Shown here: piece after piece, positions 20,033 to 28,687 of the stretch
How positions within the stretch are numbered: position 1 is the first letter of the stretch
Layout of the letters: every line of letters begins with the position of its first letter
Source: an uncultured Polyangiaceae bacterium
GTDB taxonomy: Bacteria; Acidobacteriota; Thermoanaerobaculia; Multivoradales; JAHEKO01
DNA: 64,000 nucleotides
NCBI GenBank assembly: GCA_964195975.1
Contig: CAXMQZ010000037.1
Location: forward strand, 23,721 to 87,720
Direction: 5' to 3'
The notes under the pieces: generated by a model
Database searches by the model: none
What the model was told of the DNA's origin: nothing
The model's input: the letters and a program-made list of their open reading frames with translations, nothing else
Made by a program: the position numbers and the translations under genes

Positions 20033-22243
20033 TCAGAATTTGTACTGTAGCCCGAGAATCGCGGAGAAGGGGCGGCCCGGTATGACGGAGAAGCCGCCGA
20101 AACCTCTGGTTTCGTACTCGGTGTCGGCGACATTATCCAGATTCAGCGACAGACGCCAATCACCAAGCACATAGGCGGCAACCAGGTCCAGAAGCGCATA
20201 ATCATCAAGCTCTGTTTCGTTGTCCTCGGCAATAAATTGATTGCCGACATAGCGAATACCCCCGCCCACGGTGAGTCCGCTGTCAAACTTCTGCGTCATC
20301 CAGAGCTTGGCCAGATGCTCGGGTGAAAAGGTGCTTCTGTTACCTGACCGATCCACCGTTACAAAGGCTGGAGGAAACGTGGGGATCACTACAGTCTCTG
20401 CAAATCTCGTGAGCTCTGAGACCGAGTAGGCGTAGGAAAAGAGGCCGGTCAAGCCGCTGCTCAGATGCGCTGTGACCTCGAGCTCGATCCCTCGAGACCG
20501 TTGATCACCAGACTGTTGAGTAAATCCATTATCGTCCGGGATCGCGATGTTCTCGCGCTCGAGCTCATACAAAGCGATTGTCAGACGAGCACGTCCGTCG
20601 AACAGTTCGTTCCGAATGCCGACTTCGATCTCTTGACTCTCTTCGGCGCTGCGTTCTCCGACGACCCTGGGGGAAGGTGGGGCGAAGGCGCGCGAAAAGT
20701 TGCCGTACAGCGAGATCCTCTCGGTGGGTCGATAGACCGCTCCGAACATCGGACTGACCTGACCGTCGTTACGTGAAGTATCTGTCACGTCGTCCTCGAA
20801 ATCGATCGAGTCGTAGCGGGCGCCCAGAAGTAGTTGGAATTTGGAGTTGAAGGCCATCTCGTCGATGGCGTAGGGAGCGATAACTCGAGTCTGAGAGTTC
20901 CCCGACGCCGATACATTCGGCAGCTGAAAGAGAGGCTCCATCGCTGTCTCGATCGGATCGTTTATCGATATCGGCGGCAGCAGTGCCACATCGAGCCCAT
21001 AGATGTCGTCAAATCGCGACAGCTCGATCCCAGTCAGCAATCTGTGTCGAATTGGACCTGTTTGCGCCATGAGCACGGTCTCGAATTGATTGCCAAAAAA
21101 GTCCTGCTTGTCATCGAGCTGGAGCAGAGACCGTGTGACCAGGTCTGCGGATGGCACTTGGCCTGGAATCACGAAGCCCAGTAATGTGCCATCGGTATCC
21201 CAGTCGAGCTGCCGGAAGTAGGTCTTGTTTCGAATCGCGAACGTTTCCGAGAAGCGATGCTCGACATCCACTTGGCCCCGATGAATTTTTTGTTGGGAGA
21301 AATCGAAGGGAGATCCATAGGAGGTCTCTCGATCGACCTCCGATCGATCCAGAGCGGTGACAGGAATGCCTGCGTCTGGGCTGTAGTCGGAGTCGACGTA
21401 TTCGTAATTCACATTCAGAGTCGTGTTCGGGCCCGGTCTCCACGAAAAAGCTGGATTGAGAGCCCCCGTGCTGCCCTCGGTGTTGTCTCGGTAGCCGTCG
21501 GTGTCTCGATAGAGACCGTTGAACCGGAATGCGAACTCGCCGTTTTCCGAGGCACGGTTGATGTCTAGAGCCCCCTCGTAGGTGCTAAAACTTCCGGCCG
21601 AACCTGAAAAAGTTCCAAAGTTGGCCAGGGCGGGCTGTTTGCGCACAATGTTGACCGCTGCAGCAAGTGGGTTCGGACCGTACAAGAATCCAGCGGGCCC
21701 CTTGAGCATCTCGATTCGTTCAGTGTTGTAGAGCTGGTAGAAGGTGACTTCTGGCTCGGGCGCTCCATCAGTAAGAATCAGACTACTCGACAGCGAGTCG
21801 AATCCACGAACCACGAAGAAGTCGAAAACGCCCGAACCAGTCTGTGGGTTCACGCCACTGATGTTTTCTAGCGCATCTCCCAATACGATCGAGTTCTGCT
21901 CTTGCATCAGAGCTTTGCTGACCGCACCTACGTTGAATGGTGTCCAAACCAGATCGATCGGAAGCTTGGTCGAAATGGTATTCGATGAAGGGATCAGCGG
22001 CATTGGCGCTTCCACAACCACTGTCTCCTTCTGAGTCGCTACGGGCTCGTCCTCGGAGATGTTCCCGGAATCCTGATTCTCGGGAGCGATCTCGGCCGCA
22101 TCGGCCTCAACGGCACTTGCGAGAACCGAGTTGGCGAAAAGGACGCCGACTAGCGTACAGGTAACCAGAATCCTCAACAGGGATCCTGGTCCTCTGTAAA
22201 TACTCTGCGGAGATGATTCTGGGTTCATGATTTTTCTCTTCAA
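20033..22243 (-). CDS. TonB-dependent outer-membrane receptor
   Basis: 736 aa. N-terminal signal peptide, plug/barrel architecture, C-terminal ...LGLQYKF terminal aromatic. Its start lies 3 nt from the stop of the halogenase-like gene. Confidence 0.85.
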   Translation of the reverse strand: MKRKIMNPESSPQSIYRGPGSLLRILVTCTLVGVLFANSVLASAVEADAAEIAPENQDSGNISEDEPVATQKETVVVEAPMPLIPSSNTISTKLPIDLVWTPFNVGAVSKALMQEQNSIVLGDALENISGVNPQTGSGVFDFFVVRGFDSLSSSLILTDGAPEPEVTFYQLYNTERIEMLKGPAGFLYGPNPLAAAVNIVRKQPALANFGTFSGSAGSFSTYEGALDINRASENGEFAFRFNGLYRDTDGYRDNTEGSTGALNPAFSWRPGPNTTLNVNYEYVDSDYSPDAGIPVTALDRSEVDRETSYGSPFDFSQQKIHRGQVDVEHRFSETFAIRNKTYFRQLDWDTDGTLLGFVIPGQVPSADLVTRSLLQLDDKQDFFGNQFETVLMAQTGPIRHRLLTGIELSRFDDIYGLDVALLPPISINDPIETAMEPLFQLPNVSASGNSQTRVIAPYAIDEMAFNSKFQLLLGARYDSIDFEDDVTDTSRNDGQVSPMFGAVYRPTERISLYGNFSRAFAPPSPRVVGERSAEESQEIEVGIRNELFDGRARLTIALYELERENIAIPDDNGFTQQSGDQRSRGIELEVTAHLSSGLTGLFSYAYSVSELTRFAETVVIPTFPPAFVTVDRSGNRSTFSPEHLAKLWMTQKFDSGLTVGGGIRYVGNQFIAEDNETELDDYALLDLVAAYVLGDWRLSLNLDNVADTEYETRGFGGFSVIPGRPFSAILGLQYKF

Positions 22244-22282
22244 ACGGCTGAATAGCCCGGGAGGTACGGTGGTTGTGGTGGA

Positions 22283-23614
22283 TTAGGTGTATCTTCCGCC
22301 GCGGTGCTCTGGGTCATAGAACTCTGGCAGCAGCGTATCGACCCGGAGGAGCCCTTTTGTAGTCAGACAAATCTGGTCTCCGTCGACATACAACATCCCT
22401 CGGCTCTCAAAGCTGCGAAGCTGATCGGAGAAAGCATCGACAACATCGACGTCGAACTTGGAAGTGAAGTATTCGGCGTTCACACGACCAAGCTTGAGTT
22501 GCAGAATCAGCTCACGAATAAGCTGCTCTCTTGCGGAGGTCGAATAGGCCCGTGCTATCGGCAACTCAGGCACGTCGATCCGCGACAGATATTCACCCCA
22601 ACTGTCGACATTCTGAAAGTGGACTCCGCCGATGTGCGAAAACGAGGCTACTCCTGTGCCCAGCAAGTCGCATCCATGCCAGACCGAATCGCGATAAACA
22701 AAGCGGGCTCGCGCAGGGTCACGCACCATGGTGTAGGCGCTCGAGACCTGGTATCCGACCTTCGCCAGTTCCTGAAAGGCGTAGTCGTGCCAGGCTCGTT
22801 TGTCATCCCAGTCCGCCAGAGGTTGATCGAATGAGCCCTCGAGGATATTGCGCGAGTATCGGGTGTTGAAAGGCAGCTCCAACTGGTAGATGGTGACGCT
22901 GTCCGGTGCCAAGTCGACCGTTCTGGCCACCGAGTGGCGCCACGTATCCCAGGTTTCACCCACCATTCCCGCGATGAGATCGATATTGAGCTGATCGAAA
23001 TCGAGCTCATCGATCCAGGGGAGGCATCGGTCGATTTCCTTGGAGACGTGGGCACGCCCATTGGCGCTCAATATGGAGTCGTCAAAGCTCTCGATCCCGA
23101 GACTCAAGCGAGTTACACCGATGTCGCGAATTGCTTCCAGCTTGGAGCGAGTCAGAGTTCCCGGTTCGCACTCGAAAGTCACCTCTTCAACGCCAGTCCA
23201 GGGGATTGCTTCCTTGAGTCGAGCTGCCAAGGCTCGGAGGTGAGTGGAGCTTATGAACGACGGAGTTCCTCCTCCGAAATATACAAACTTGGGTTGTCTG
23301 TCGCGAATCGCGGTATGGGTGCTGAAAAGCTCGACTTCGGTAGCCAGGGCATCCAGGTAGCGACCAATCTCGTCGGAGCTCTTGTCGGTAAAGACCTTGA
23401 AGTAGCAGAATTTGCAGCGTTTGCGGCAAAACGGGATGTGGAGATAGAGACCGAAGTCTCTTGCAGTTTCTGGTTCGCGATCAAGGGCTTCAAGGGCCAC
23501 ATTCAGCCCATCATGGCGCCAATGGGAGTAGGGAGGATAATTCGACACGAAGACACTGCCGACCTCGGTCTCGGTGTGGGTAGGTGGCGTGGTCGCTGAC
23601 TCTGGTTGGCTCAT
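22283..23614 (-). CDS. Radical SAM enzyme of the HemN/HemW/HutW (coproporphyrinogen-III-oxidase-like) family
   Basis: CxxxCxxC as HIPFCRKRCKFCYF, followed by GGGTPS. Length 443 aa with a HemN C-terminal domain. Confidence 0.8.
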   Translation of the reverse strand: MSQPESATTPPTHTETEVGSVFVSNYPPYSHWRHDGLNVALEALDREPETARDFGLYLHIPFCRKRCKFCYFKVFTDKSSDEIGRYLDALATEVELFSTHTAIRDRQPKFVYFGGGTPSFISSTHLRALAARLKEAIPWTGVEEVTFECEPGTLTRSKLEAIRDIGVTRLSLGIESFDDSILSANGRAHVSKEIDRCLPWIDELDFDQLNIDLIAGMVGETWDTWRHSVARTVDLAPDSVTIYQLELPFNTRYSRNILEGSFDQPLADWDDKRAWHDYAFQELAKVGYQVSSAYTMVRDPARARFVYRDSVWHGCDLLGTGVASFSHIGGVHFQNVDSWGEYLSRIDVPELPIARAYSTSAREQLIRELILQLKLGRVNAEYFTSKFDVDVVDAFSDQLRSFESRGMLYVDGDQICLTTKGLLRVDTLLPEFYDPEHRGGRYT

Positions 23615-24738
23615 AATTTACGTACCGGTTCTGCGAAAGCGAAGAGAGTACCATCGACCGTGCCTATTATCAGATATCCCGCCGCGACGCTGGGCGAGGC
23701 GGTCATTGACTCGCCGGTGTCGAAGTTCCATACGACGGAACCGGTCTCCAGGTTTAGAGCCAGGAGCTGGCCGGCCTGGGTTGCGATGAATACTCGATCC
23801 CCTACAATTACGGGGGAAGAGTCAATCCGGTCGCCGGTTGTGTACGTCCATCGGATCTCTCCGGTCTTGGGGTTCAGGGCGTACACGTTCTTGTCGCGGC
23901 CACCGAGGACAGCCAGCTGCTGCGTAACTGCAGCCGAGGCGTAGAAGGGAAAGTCTCGTTCGGGATTGTCGTAGGTCCAGGCCAATTCGCCTTTCGCCAG
24001 ATCGATCCCCAGAATCTGGCTCTCGAAGTTGCCAACTACCGAGATATTTCCTACAACAGCTGAGCTAGCCCCTACATACCCGCCGAGAGATATTCGCTTG
24101 ATCTCCTGACCGTCGTTCAACCGCACGACCCGAAGATATCCGTCGCACCCAGCCGAGATTGCGTTCTGTTGCCAGATTGCGGGGGTCGCGTTTACATAGC
24201 CCTCGGTTTCAAGCCTCCAGCGCAGCTCTCCCGACTCGGGATCTAGGCAGTAGAGGTAGTTGTCATAGGAGCCAAAGAGCAGGCATCCGCTGCCGAGATT
24301 AGGCGAGGAGGTAATTCCAGCGTCGGTCTCGAAAACCCATTTTTTTGTGCCTGAGGTGGCGTCCAGGGCGTGGAGGAGTCCTGATTCGTTGCCAAAGAAG
24401 ATGGTGCCGTCGGACACCAGGGGTGAAGATTTGATTTCTGAATCGCTCTCGAATCGCCATCGCTCTCGGCCTGAGCGCAGATCCAACGCCCAGAGCGTTC
24501 CGTCCATGTCACCGGTGTAGACGCTGTTGCCAGAGATTGCGACTGTGGCTTCGAAACCGGACTCATCGTGAAAGACCCAGCGAGGCGCGAGATCTTCAGG
24601 CAGGTTGCTTTCGGTAAACCCGCTGAGCTGAGGGTTGTGGCGGAAACTGGCCCAGTCGCCTTCATTGCCGTGCTGAGCCTCGTCGGCAATCACCGAGTGG
24701 GCAGGACCCCCAAGGATGATGAGAGCCAATGTGAGCAT
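23611..24738 (-). CDS. PQQ-repeat beta-propeller protein (BamB-like), secreted; start at internal Met MLTLALIILGG
   Basis: Repeated ...G.l.AlD..tG...W modules (WALDLRSGRERW, LHALDATSGTKKW, LYCLDPESGELRW, VYALNPKTGEIRW, LLALNLETGSVVW). Confidence 0.7.
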   Translation of the reverse strand: MLTLALIILGGPAHSVIADEAQHGNEGDWASFRHNPQLSGFTESNLPEDLAPRWVFHDESGFEATVAISGNSVYTGDMDGTLWALDLRSGRERWRFESDSEIKSSPLVSDGTIFFGNESGLLHALDATSGTKKWVFETDAGITSSPNLGSGCLLFGSYDNYLYCLDPESGELRWRLETEGYVNATPAIWQQNAISAGCDGYLRVVRLNDGQEIKRISLGGYVGASSAVVGNISVVGNFESQILGIDLAKGELAWTYDNPERDFPFYASAAVTQQLAVLGGRDKNVYALNPKTGEIRWTYTTGDRIDSSPVIVGDRVFIATQAGQLLALNLETGSVVWNFDTGESMTASPSVAAGYLIIGTVDGTLFAFAEPVRKL

Positions 24739-24787
24739 CTTGAGGCTTTGCCTCGAGAGCAAGTATTGCCCACAGGTTTCGAGAAGG

Positions 24788-26002
24788 TCAGTATGCCGAT
24801 TCATAGATCTCGAAAAGCTCCGCCTGGCTCACGGGTCTGGGATTAAATCGTGCCGTCCACTCGAGGACGGCCGCCTCAGCCAGTGCTTCCAGATCCCCGC
24901 GCGAGACACCGAGATCGTGCAGGCTGTCCGGCAGCTCGAGAGTCTGACGAAGCTGCTCGATATAGGTAGCCAGGGTGTCTCCAGGTTCATCTTTTCGGTT
25001 CAGTCCGGCGAGGTCGTTTAGAGTTGAGTAGTCGTCGGCTACCACGCTGCTGTTAAAGCGGACGACATGCGGCAATAGAACACCAATAGCCTGTCCATGA
25101 GAAATTCCGTACGTCGCAGTCAATGGGTTTGCGCAGGCATGCGCGGCGCCGAGCATCGACTGCTCGATCGCGGCGCCCGCTAGGTGTGCCCCCAAGAGCA
25201 TCTCTCCTACATCTGCTAGGTCGGCTTCTTTCGACAGAGGCGATTGGAGGCTCGAATGGAGAAGCTCCCAGGCTCGCATCGACCAGACTCTCGAGATTGG
25301 GTTTCTACGTGTGCTGACATGACTTTCGATTGCATGGCTGAGGGCATCGATGCCGGCCGCGGCCGCCACTCGAGTGGGCGCGGAAGCGATCAATCCAGGA
25401 TCGAGGACCACTGTACGGAACAGGGCCTGCGGATCACCGCAGGCCATTTTGCGCCCCGATTCGGAGTCTGAGATCAGGGCAAACGACTGCGCTTCGCTGC
25501 CCGTTCCGGCGGTCGTCGGAATTCCGATCGAAGGCAACATTGAAGCATGGGTCTGGCCATAGCCCCAATAGTCGGTTATGGATCCGCCATTGGTGAGCAA
25601 GAAGTTGATGGCTTTGGCGCAGTCCATGCTACTGCCGCCGCCCAGTCCAACAATGCAGTCCGGCTCGAAGTCCGCAACCTGTCTCGCAGCGGCTTCTACC
25701 AGGTCGGTAGTAGGATTCTCGGTGGCACCATCATAAAGACGGACTTCAATCGAGCCTGTAGAGAGCGTTTCGAGTGCCCTTTGTACATGACCAGCCTGGT
25801 GCACCCCCTGGTCGGAAACGACCAGCACCCTCTTGGCGGCGAGATCCTCGACAATGGTTCCTAGCTCGCCTAGGCGACCCTCGCCAAAAAAAACCCGGAT
25901 AGCTCCCACATCGGCTTCCCAGTGGTACCGAGGACCGGTGCCGAGATAGCGGCTCCGCGCGGCCTCAGAATCGGTATCGAGACCGTTTCGTCGTTGTTTG
26001 TT
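24788..26002 (-). CDS. Iron-containing (group III) alcohol dehydrogenase; start at internal ATG 4 nt after the upstream stop (GAGG RBS)
   Basis: GGGSSMDCAK motif and ...RVLVVSDQGV.... The ORF-track N-terminal extension overlaps the upstream gene by 59 nt and is probably not translated. Confidence 0.8.
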   Translation of the reverse strand, partial: NKQRRNGLDTDSEAARSRYLGTGPRYHWEADVGAIRVFFGEGRLGELGTIVEDLAAKRVLVVSDQGVHQAGHVQRALETLSTGSIEVRLYDGATENPTTDLVEAAARQVADFEPDCIVGLGGGSSMDCAKAINFLLTNGGSITDYWGYGQTHASMLPSIGIPTTAGTGSEAQSFALISDSESGRKMACGDPQALFRTVVLDPGLIASAPTRVAAAAGIDALSHAIESHVSTRRNPISRVWSMRAWELLHSSLQSPLSKEADLADVGEMLLGAHLAGAAIEQSMLGAAHACANPLTATYGISHGQAIGVLLPHVVRFNSSVVADDYSTLNDLAGLNRKDEPGDTLATYIEQLRQTLELPDSLHDLGVSRGDLEALAEAAVLEWTARFNPRPVSQAELFEIYESAY

Positions 26003-26009
26003 CATTGCC

Positions 26010-27488
26010 TCAGACGCCGCCGCTCGCGGCTGAGTCGCCGACGTTTGTCGGCGACCCGCTGGATTCATGGGGTCCCTGAAGCGCTCTCTGACGGTAGAGA
26101 TGCTCGAACAGATTGCCTTCGTGCGGCTGATCCCAGGCGACTTCGCAGGTCGAGTAGGCGCCCAGGTTCAAGCGTTCGATGTTCGGTGCGGTCATCAACT
26201 CCTGTCGGAATTGGGGGTCCTCGGTGAGTGCGGTTACGACCAAGCTCGACCCCATGTTTTCGACGATGGCACTCTGTCTCATCTCGACTACTGTGACGAA
26301 AGGGAATAGGTATTCGGCCTTGGCCAGGGGGTGGTCTGGGTCGCTGCAATAGATCACGGTAGGCAGCAAGAAAGCGCAGCCATCTACGTGGGCGACACGA
26401 TCTCCGCGGCGAAGCTTGGAGGTAATGTCCTCGGCTCCCGGTTGTCGCAGCTGCGAATCGATCTGAGCCGACAAACGATCGGCGATCCGGGCGTCGGGAA
26501 AGGCCGCCAGCCGGGCGTCGGGGTCGTCGAGGGGGAGGGCCTGGATTTGGACCAGGCGCTCGGCCAGGGCTTCGGCTATCTCTCTGCCGGACTTCGCGGT
26601 CCAGACACCTGACGCGTTGATGCACGACCTACCACCGTTCTTGGCCACAGAATCAACCGTTAGATCGAGATACTCCTGCCAACGGTCCGCTCCATCCTCT
26701 CCCAAGATCACCTTGCTCCAGCCTGGGCCGTGAATTTGGACTCTCGGATCGCCTTCCCACGGCTCTACGGTTGCTCGGTCTCCGAACAGCATCGACCGAC
26801 CACATCGTAGAAGGATCTCACCGACCCCCGAGTAGTCTGTCGGGTAAAAACTGATGGCTTCGGGTGCGCAACCGGCCGCTAGAAACGACTGTGCTATCCG
26901 GAACGGGGACCACGGTTCACGGCTGCCAGGTTTGAGCACCAATGGGACTTTCAACGGGATGGCTGGAATCCAGAGCGAGTGAACTCCCGGTGAGTTGCTT
27001 GGCAGAATGACTCCGAGGGAGTCCGTTTCACGACGGAAGGAAAGACAGCGGCCTTCCTGTAGCGTCCACCCTTGATCTATGACCTCTGGCTCGATCCCCC
27101 TCGTCAGCCCACCCAAGACTGTCTCCATCTCGGCCATCACGAAACGGATCTTCTCCATATTCGATCGGACGAGCGCCTGTGGCATGCCGGTAGTCGAAGA
27201 AAGCTGCTCGACATAGAGATCGGGTGATTGAGACGATGTGCCGACTGGAAGCTCCGAGTCCATGAAGAATCCTGCCGCTTTGCGGCAGATTTCCAGGAGC
27301 TCTCTTGCGCTGAGACTTTCGAGTGCCTGCCTGTTGGATCGAGTCGATCCGAGATCTCGAGCTATCAGGCCCGAATTGGCCATGCTGACCTCAGCCACGA
27401 CGTCACCCGTTCGGACGTCTGTCAGGGAGTTGGTCGCAAGGCTCGTATAGGAGGTGCCTGCTCTGAGCAGCGGGATCTGGATCATCAA
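26010..27488 (-). CDS. Aldehyde-dehydrogenase-superfamily protein, LuxC-like acyl-CoA/acyl-protein reductase candidate
   Basis: 492 aa. ALDH-like core ...ILPSNSPGVHSLWIPAIPLKVPLVLKPGSREP... with a candidate catalytic Cys in NGGRSCINASG. It is paired with an adenylating enzyme immediately upstream. Confidence 0.5.
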   Translation of the reverse strand: MMIQIPLLRAGTSYTSLATNSLTDVRTGDVVAEVSMANSGLIARDLGSTRSNRQALESLSARELLEICRKAAGFFMDSELPVGTSSQSPDLYVEQLSSTTGMPQALVRSNMEKIRFVMAEMETVLGGLTRGIEPEVIDQGWTLQEGRCLSFRRETDSLGVILPSNSPGVHSLWIPAIPLKVPLVLKPGSREPWSPFRIAQSFLAAGCAPEAISFYPTDYSGVGEILLRCGRSMLFGDRATVEPWEGDPRVQIHGPGWSKVILGEDGADRWQEYLDLTVDSVAKNGGRSCINASGVWTAKSGREIAEALAERLVQIQALPLDDPDARLAAFPDARIADRLSAQIDSQLRQPGAEDITSKLRRGDRVAHVDGCAFLLPTVIYCSDPDHPLAKAEYLFPFVTVVEMRQSAIVENMGSSLVVTALTEDPQFRQELMTAPNIERLNLGAYSTCEVAWDQPHEGNLFEHLYRQRALQGPHESSGSPTNVGDSAASGGV

Positions 27489-28600
27489 TACACTCCAACC
27501 ACAACCGATTCTTCAAAACGGGAGAAGAGACGCAAGTTGCTGACACCGTCCCAAGGGTAGGGCTCGATCGGCTCGGCTCGCTCGCCCTCGTCTCGCTCCA
27601 GAAACCGAGGCATCAGAAACTCTTTGGTAAGAGTTGTCAGCATGACGCGGCCGGTCTGGCCATATGGGACCGTCTTGCCCGTGTCTTCAGGGTCGACCAA
27701 TTCAAAGACGGCTCGAGGCGAGGGCGGGTAGTAGGTGATCTTGTAGTCATCATGGCGGTCGAATGGCTTACAACAAGCCAAGCCCATAAGAGTATTTCCG
27801 TAGGTAGGGATGAAATCTACTCCTGGCACCAGCTCTTCACGTGCAAACCGGTGGAATTGAGCGTTCATCTCCGTGCCGCCACAGAAGATGCCGGTAATTC
27901 CCATCTTGGTGAGGGAGATTTTTTCGCAAACAGCTTCAAGCAGCTTTGGAGTCGTGAAAATGCAAGTGACGTTTTCATGGGATCTAAGAATCTTGAGTCC
28001 CTGGTCGACGATATGGTCCTTGTAGTCTTGGAGATCTTGATGACGGCCCAAACGGATCAACCGGTTTACCCAACGAGGGTCGAGATCGACATGAAAGGAA
28101 ACCCCACCCCGATGTTGAGCCAGATGTTCGATCGCCAATCTCAGCCGTCTTGGTCCGGTGGGTCCTAGCATCAGCCAATCGGCGCCAGATGGGAACGTAG
28201 TGCTGTCGAGGGTGTCACTGAACATCTCATAGTCGGTTTGGAAGTCCCGAATATTGATCCGTGACTTGGGAAGGCCGGTCGAGCCACCGGTTTCGAAGAC
28301 ATAGAGAGGCTCGTCTTGCAACGCCTTCGGCACCCATCTTCGAATCGGACCGCCACGGAGCCACTCGTCTTGAAAGTGTCCCAGAACCTTCAGATCGCCA
28401 TAGTTATGGATGACTTCCCGAGGGTCGAAATCTAGCTTGCCAGCAAAGTCGAGCCAGAAGGGACAACCTGTTTCCGGACCGAAATGCCAAAGAATCATCT
28501 CTCGTACATGCTCGTCGAGAGTCTTCTTTGCGGCCTCGATCCGAGTCTGGAGAGCCGTAGGATCCTTGTTCGTAGCGGGGTCACTGTGATGATCGGTCAT
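27485..28600 (-). CDS. LuxE/PaaK-like acyl-adenylate-forming enzyme (acyl-protein synthetase family candidate)
   Basis: 371 aa. The adenylation motif ETGGSTGLPK matches the (S/T)(S/G)G(S/T)TGxPK consensus. Its length fits LuxE rather than full ANL ligases. Confidence 0.5.
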   Translation of the reverse strand: MTDHHSDPATNKDPTALQTRIEAAKKTLDEHVREMILWHFGPETGCPFWLDFAGKLDFDPREVIHNYGDLKVLGHFQDEWLRGGPIRRWVPKALQDEPLYVFETGGSTGLPKSRINIRDFQTDYEMFSDTLDSTTFPSGADWLMLGPTGPRRLRLAIEHLAQHRGGVSFHVDLDPRWVNRLIRLGRHQDLQDYKDHIVDQGLKILRSHENVTCIFTTPKLLEAVCEKISLTKMGITGIFCGGTEMNAQFHRFAREELVPGVDFIPTYGNTLMGLACCKPFDRHDDYKITYYPPSPRAVFELVDPEDTGKTVPYGQTGRVMLTTLTKEFLMPRFLERDEGERAEPIEPYPWDGVSNLRLFSRFEESVVVGVY

Positions 28601-28687
28601 GGCGTGCAGAGTCCTCTAGTTTGAAATCCAAGATGCCAGTGTGATCACTGGGAGTGATTATTTCAAGCTGTGTGGCAGTTCCAGGGT

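Noticed and set aside
22940-23000. Short periodic DNA (atcgaaatcgagctcatcgatc) inside the HemN-like gene
   Set aside because: Encodes IDIELIEIELID in frame. It is a local codon-level repetition within a CDS, not an independent repeat element
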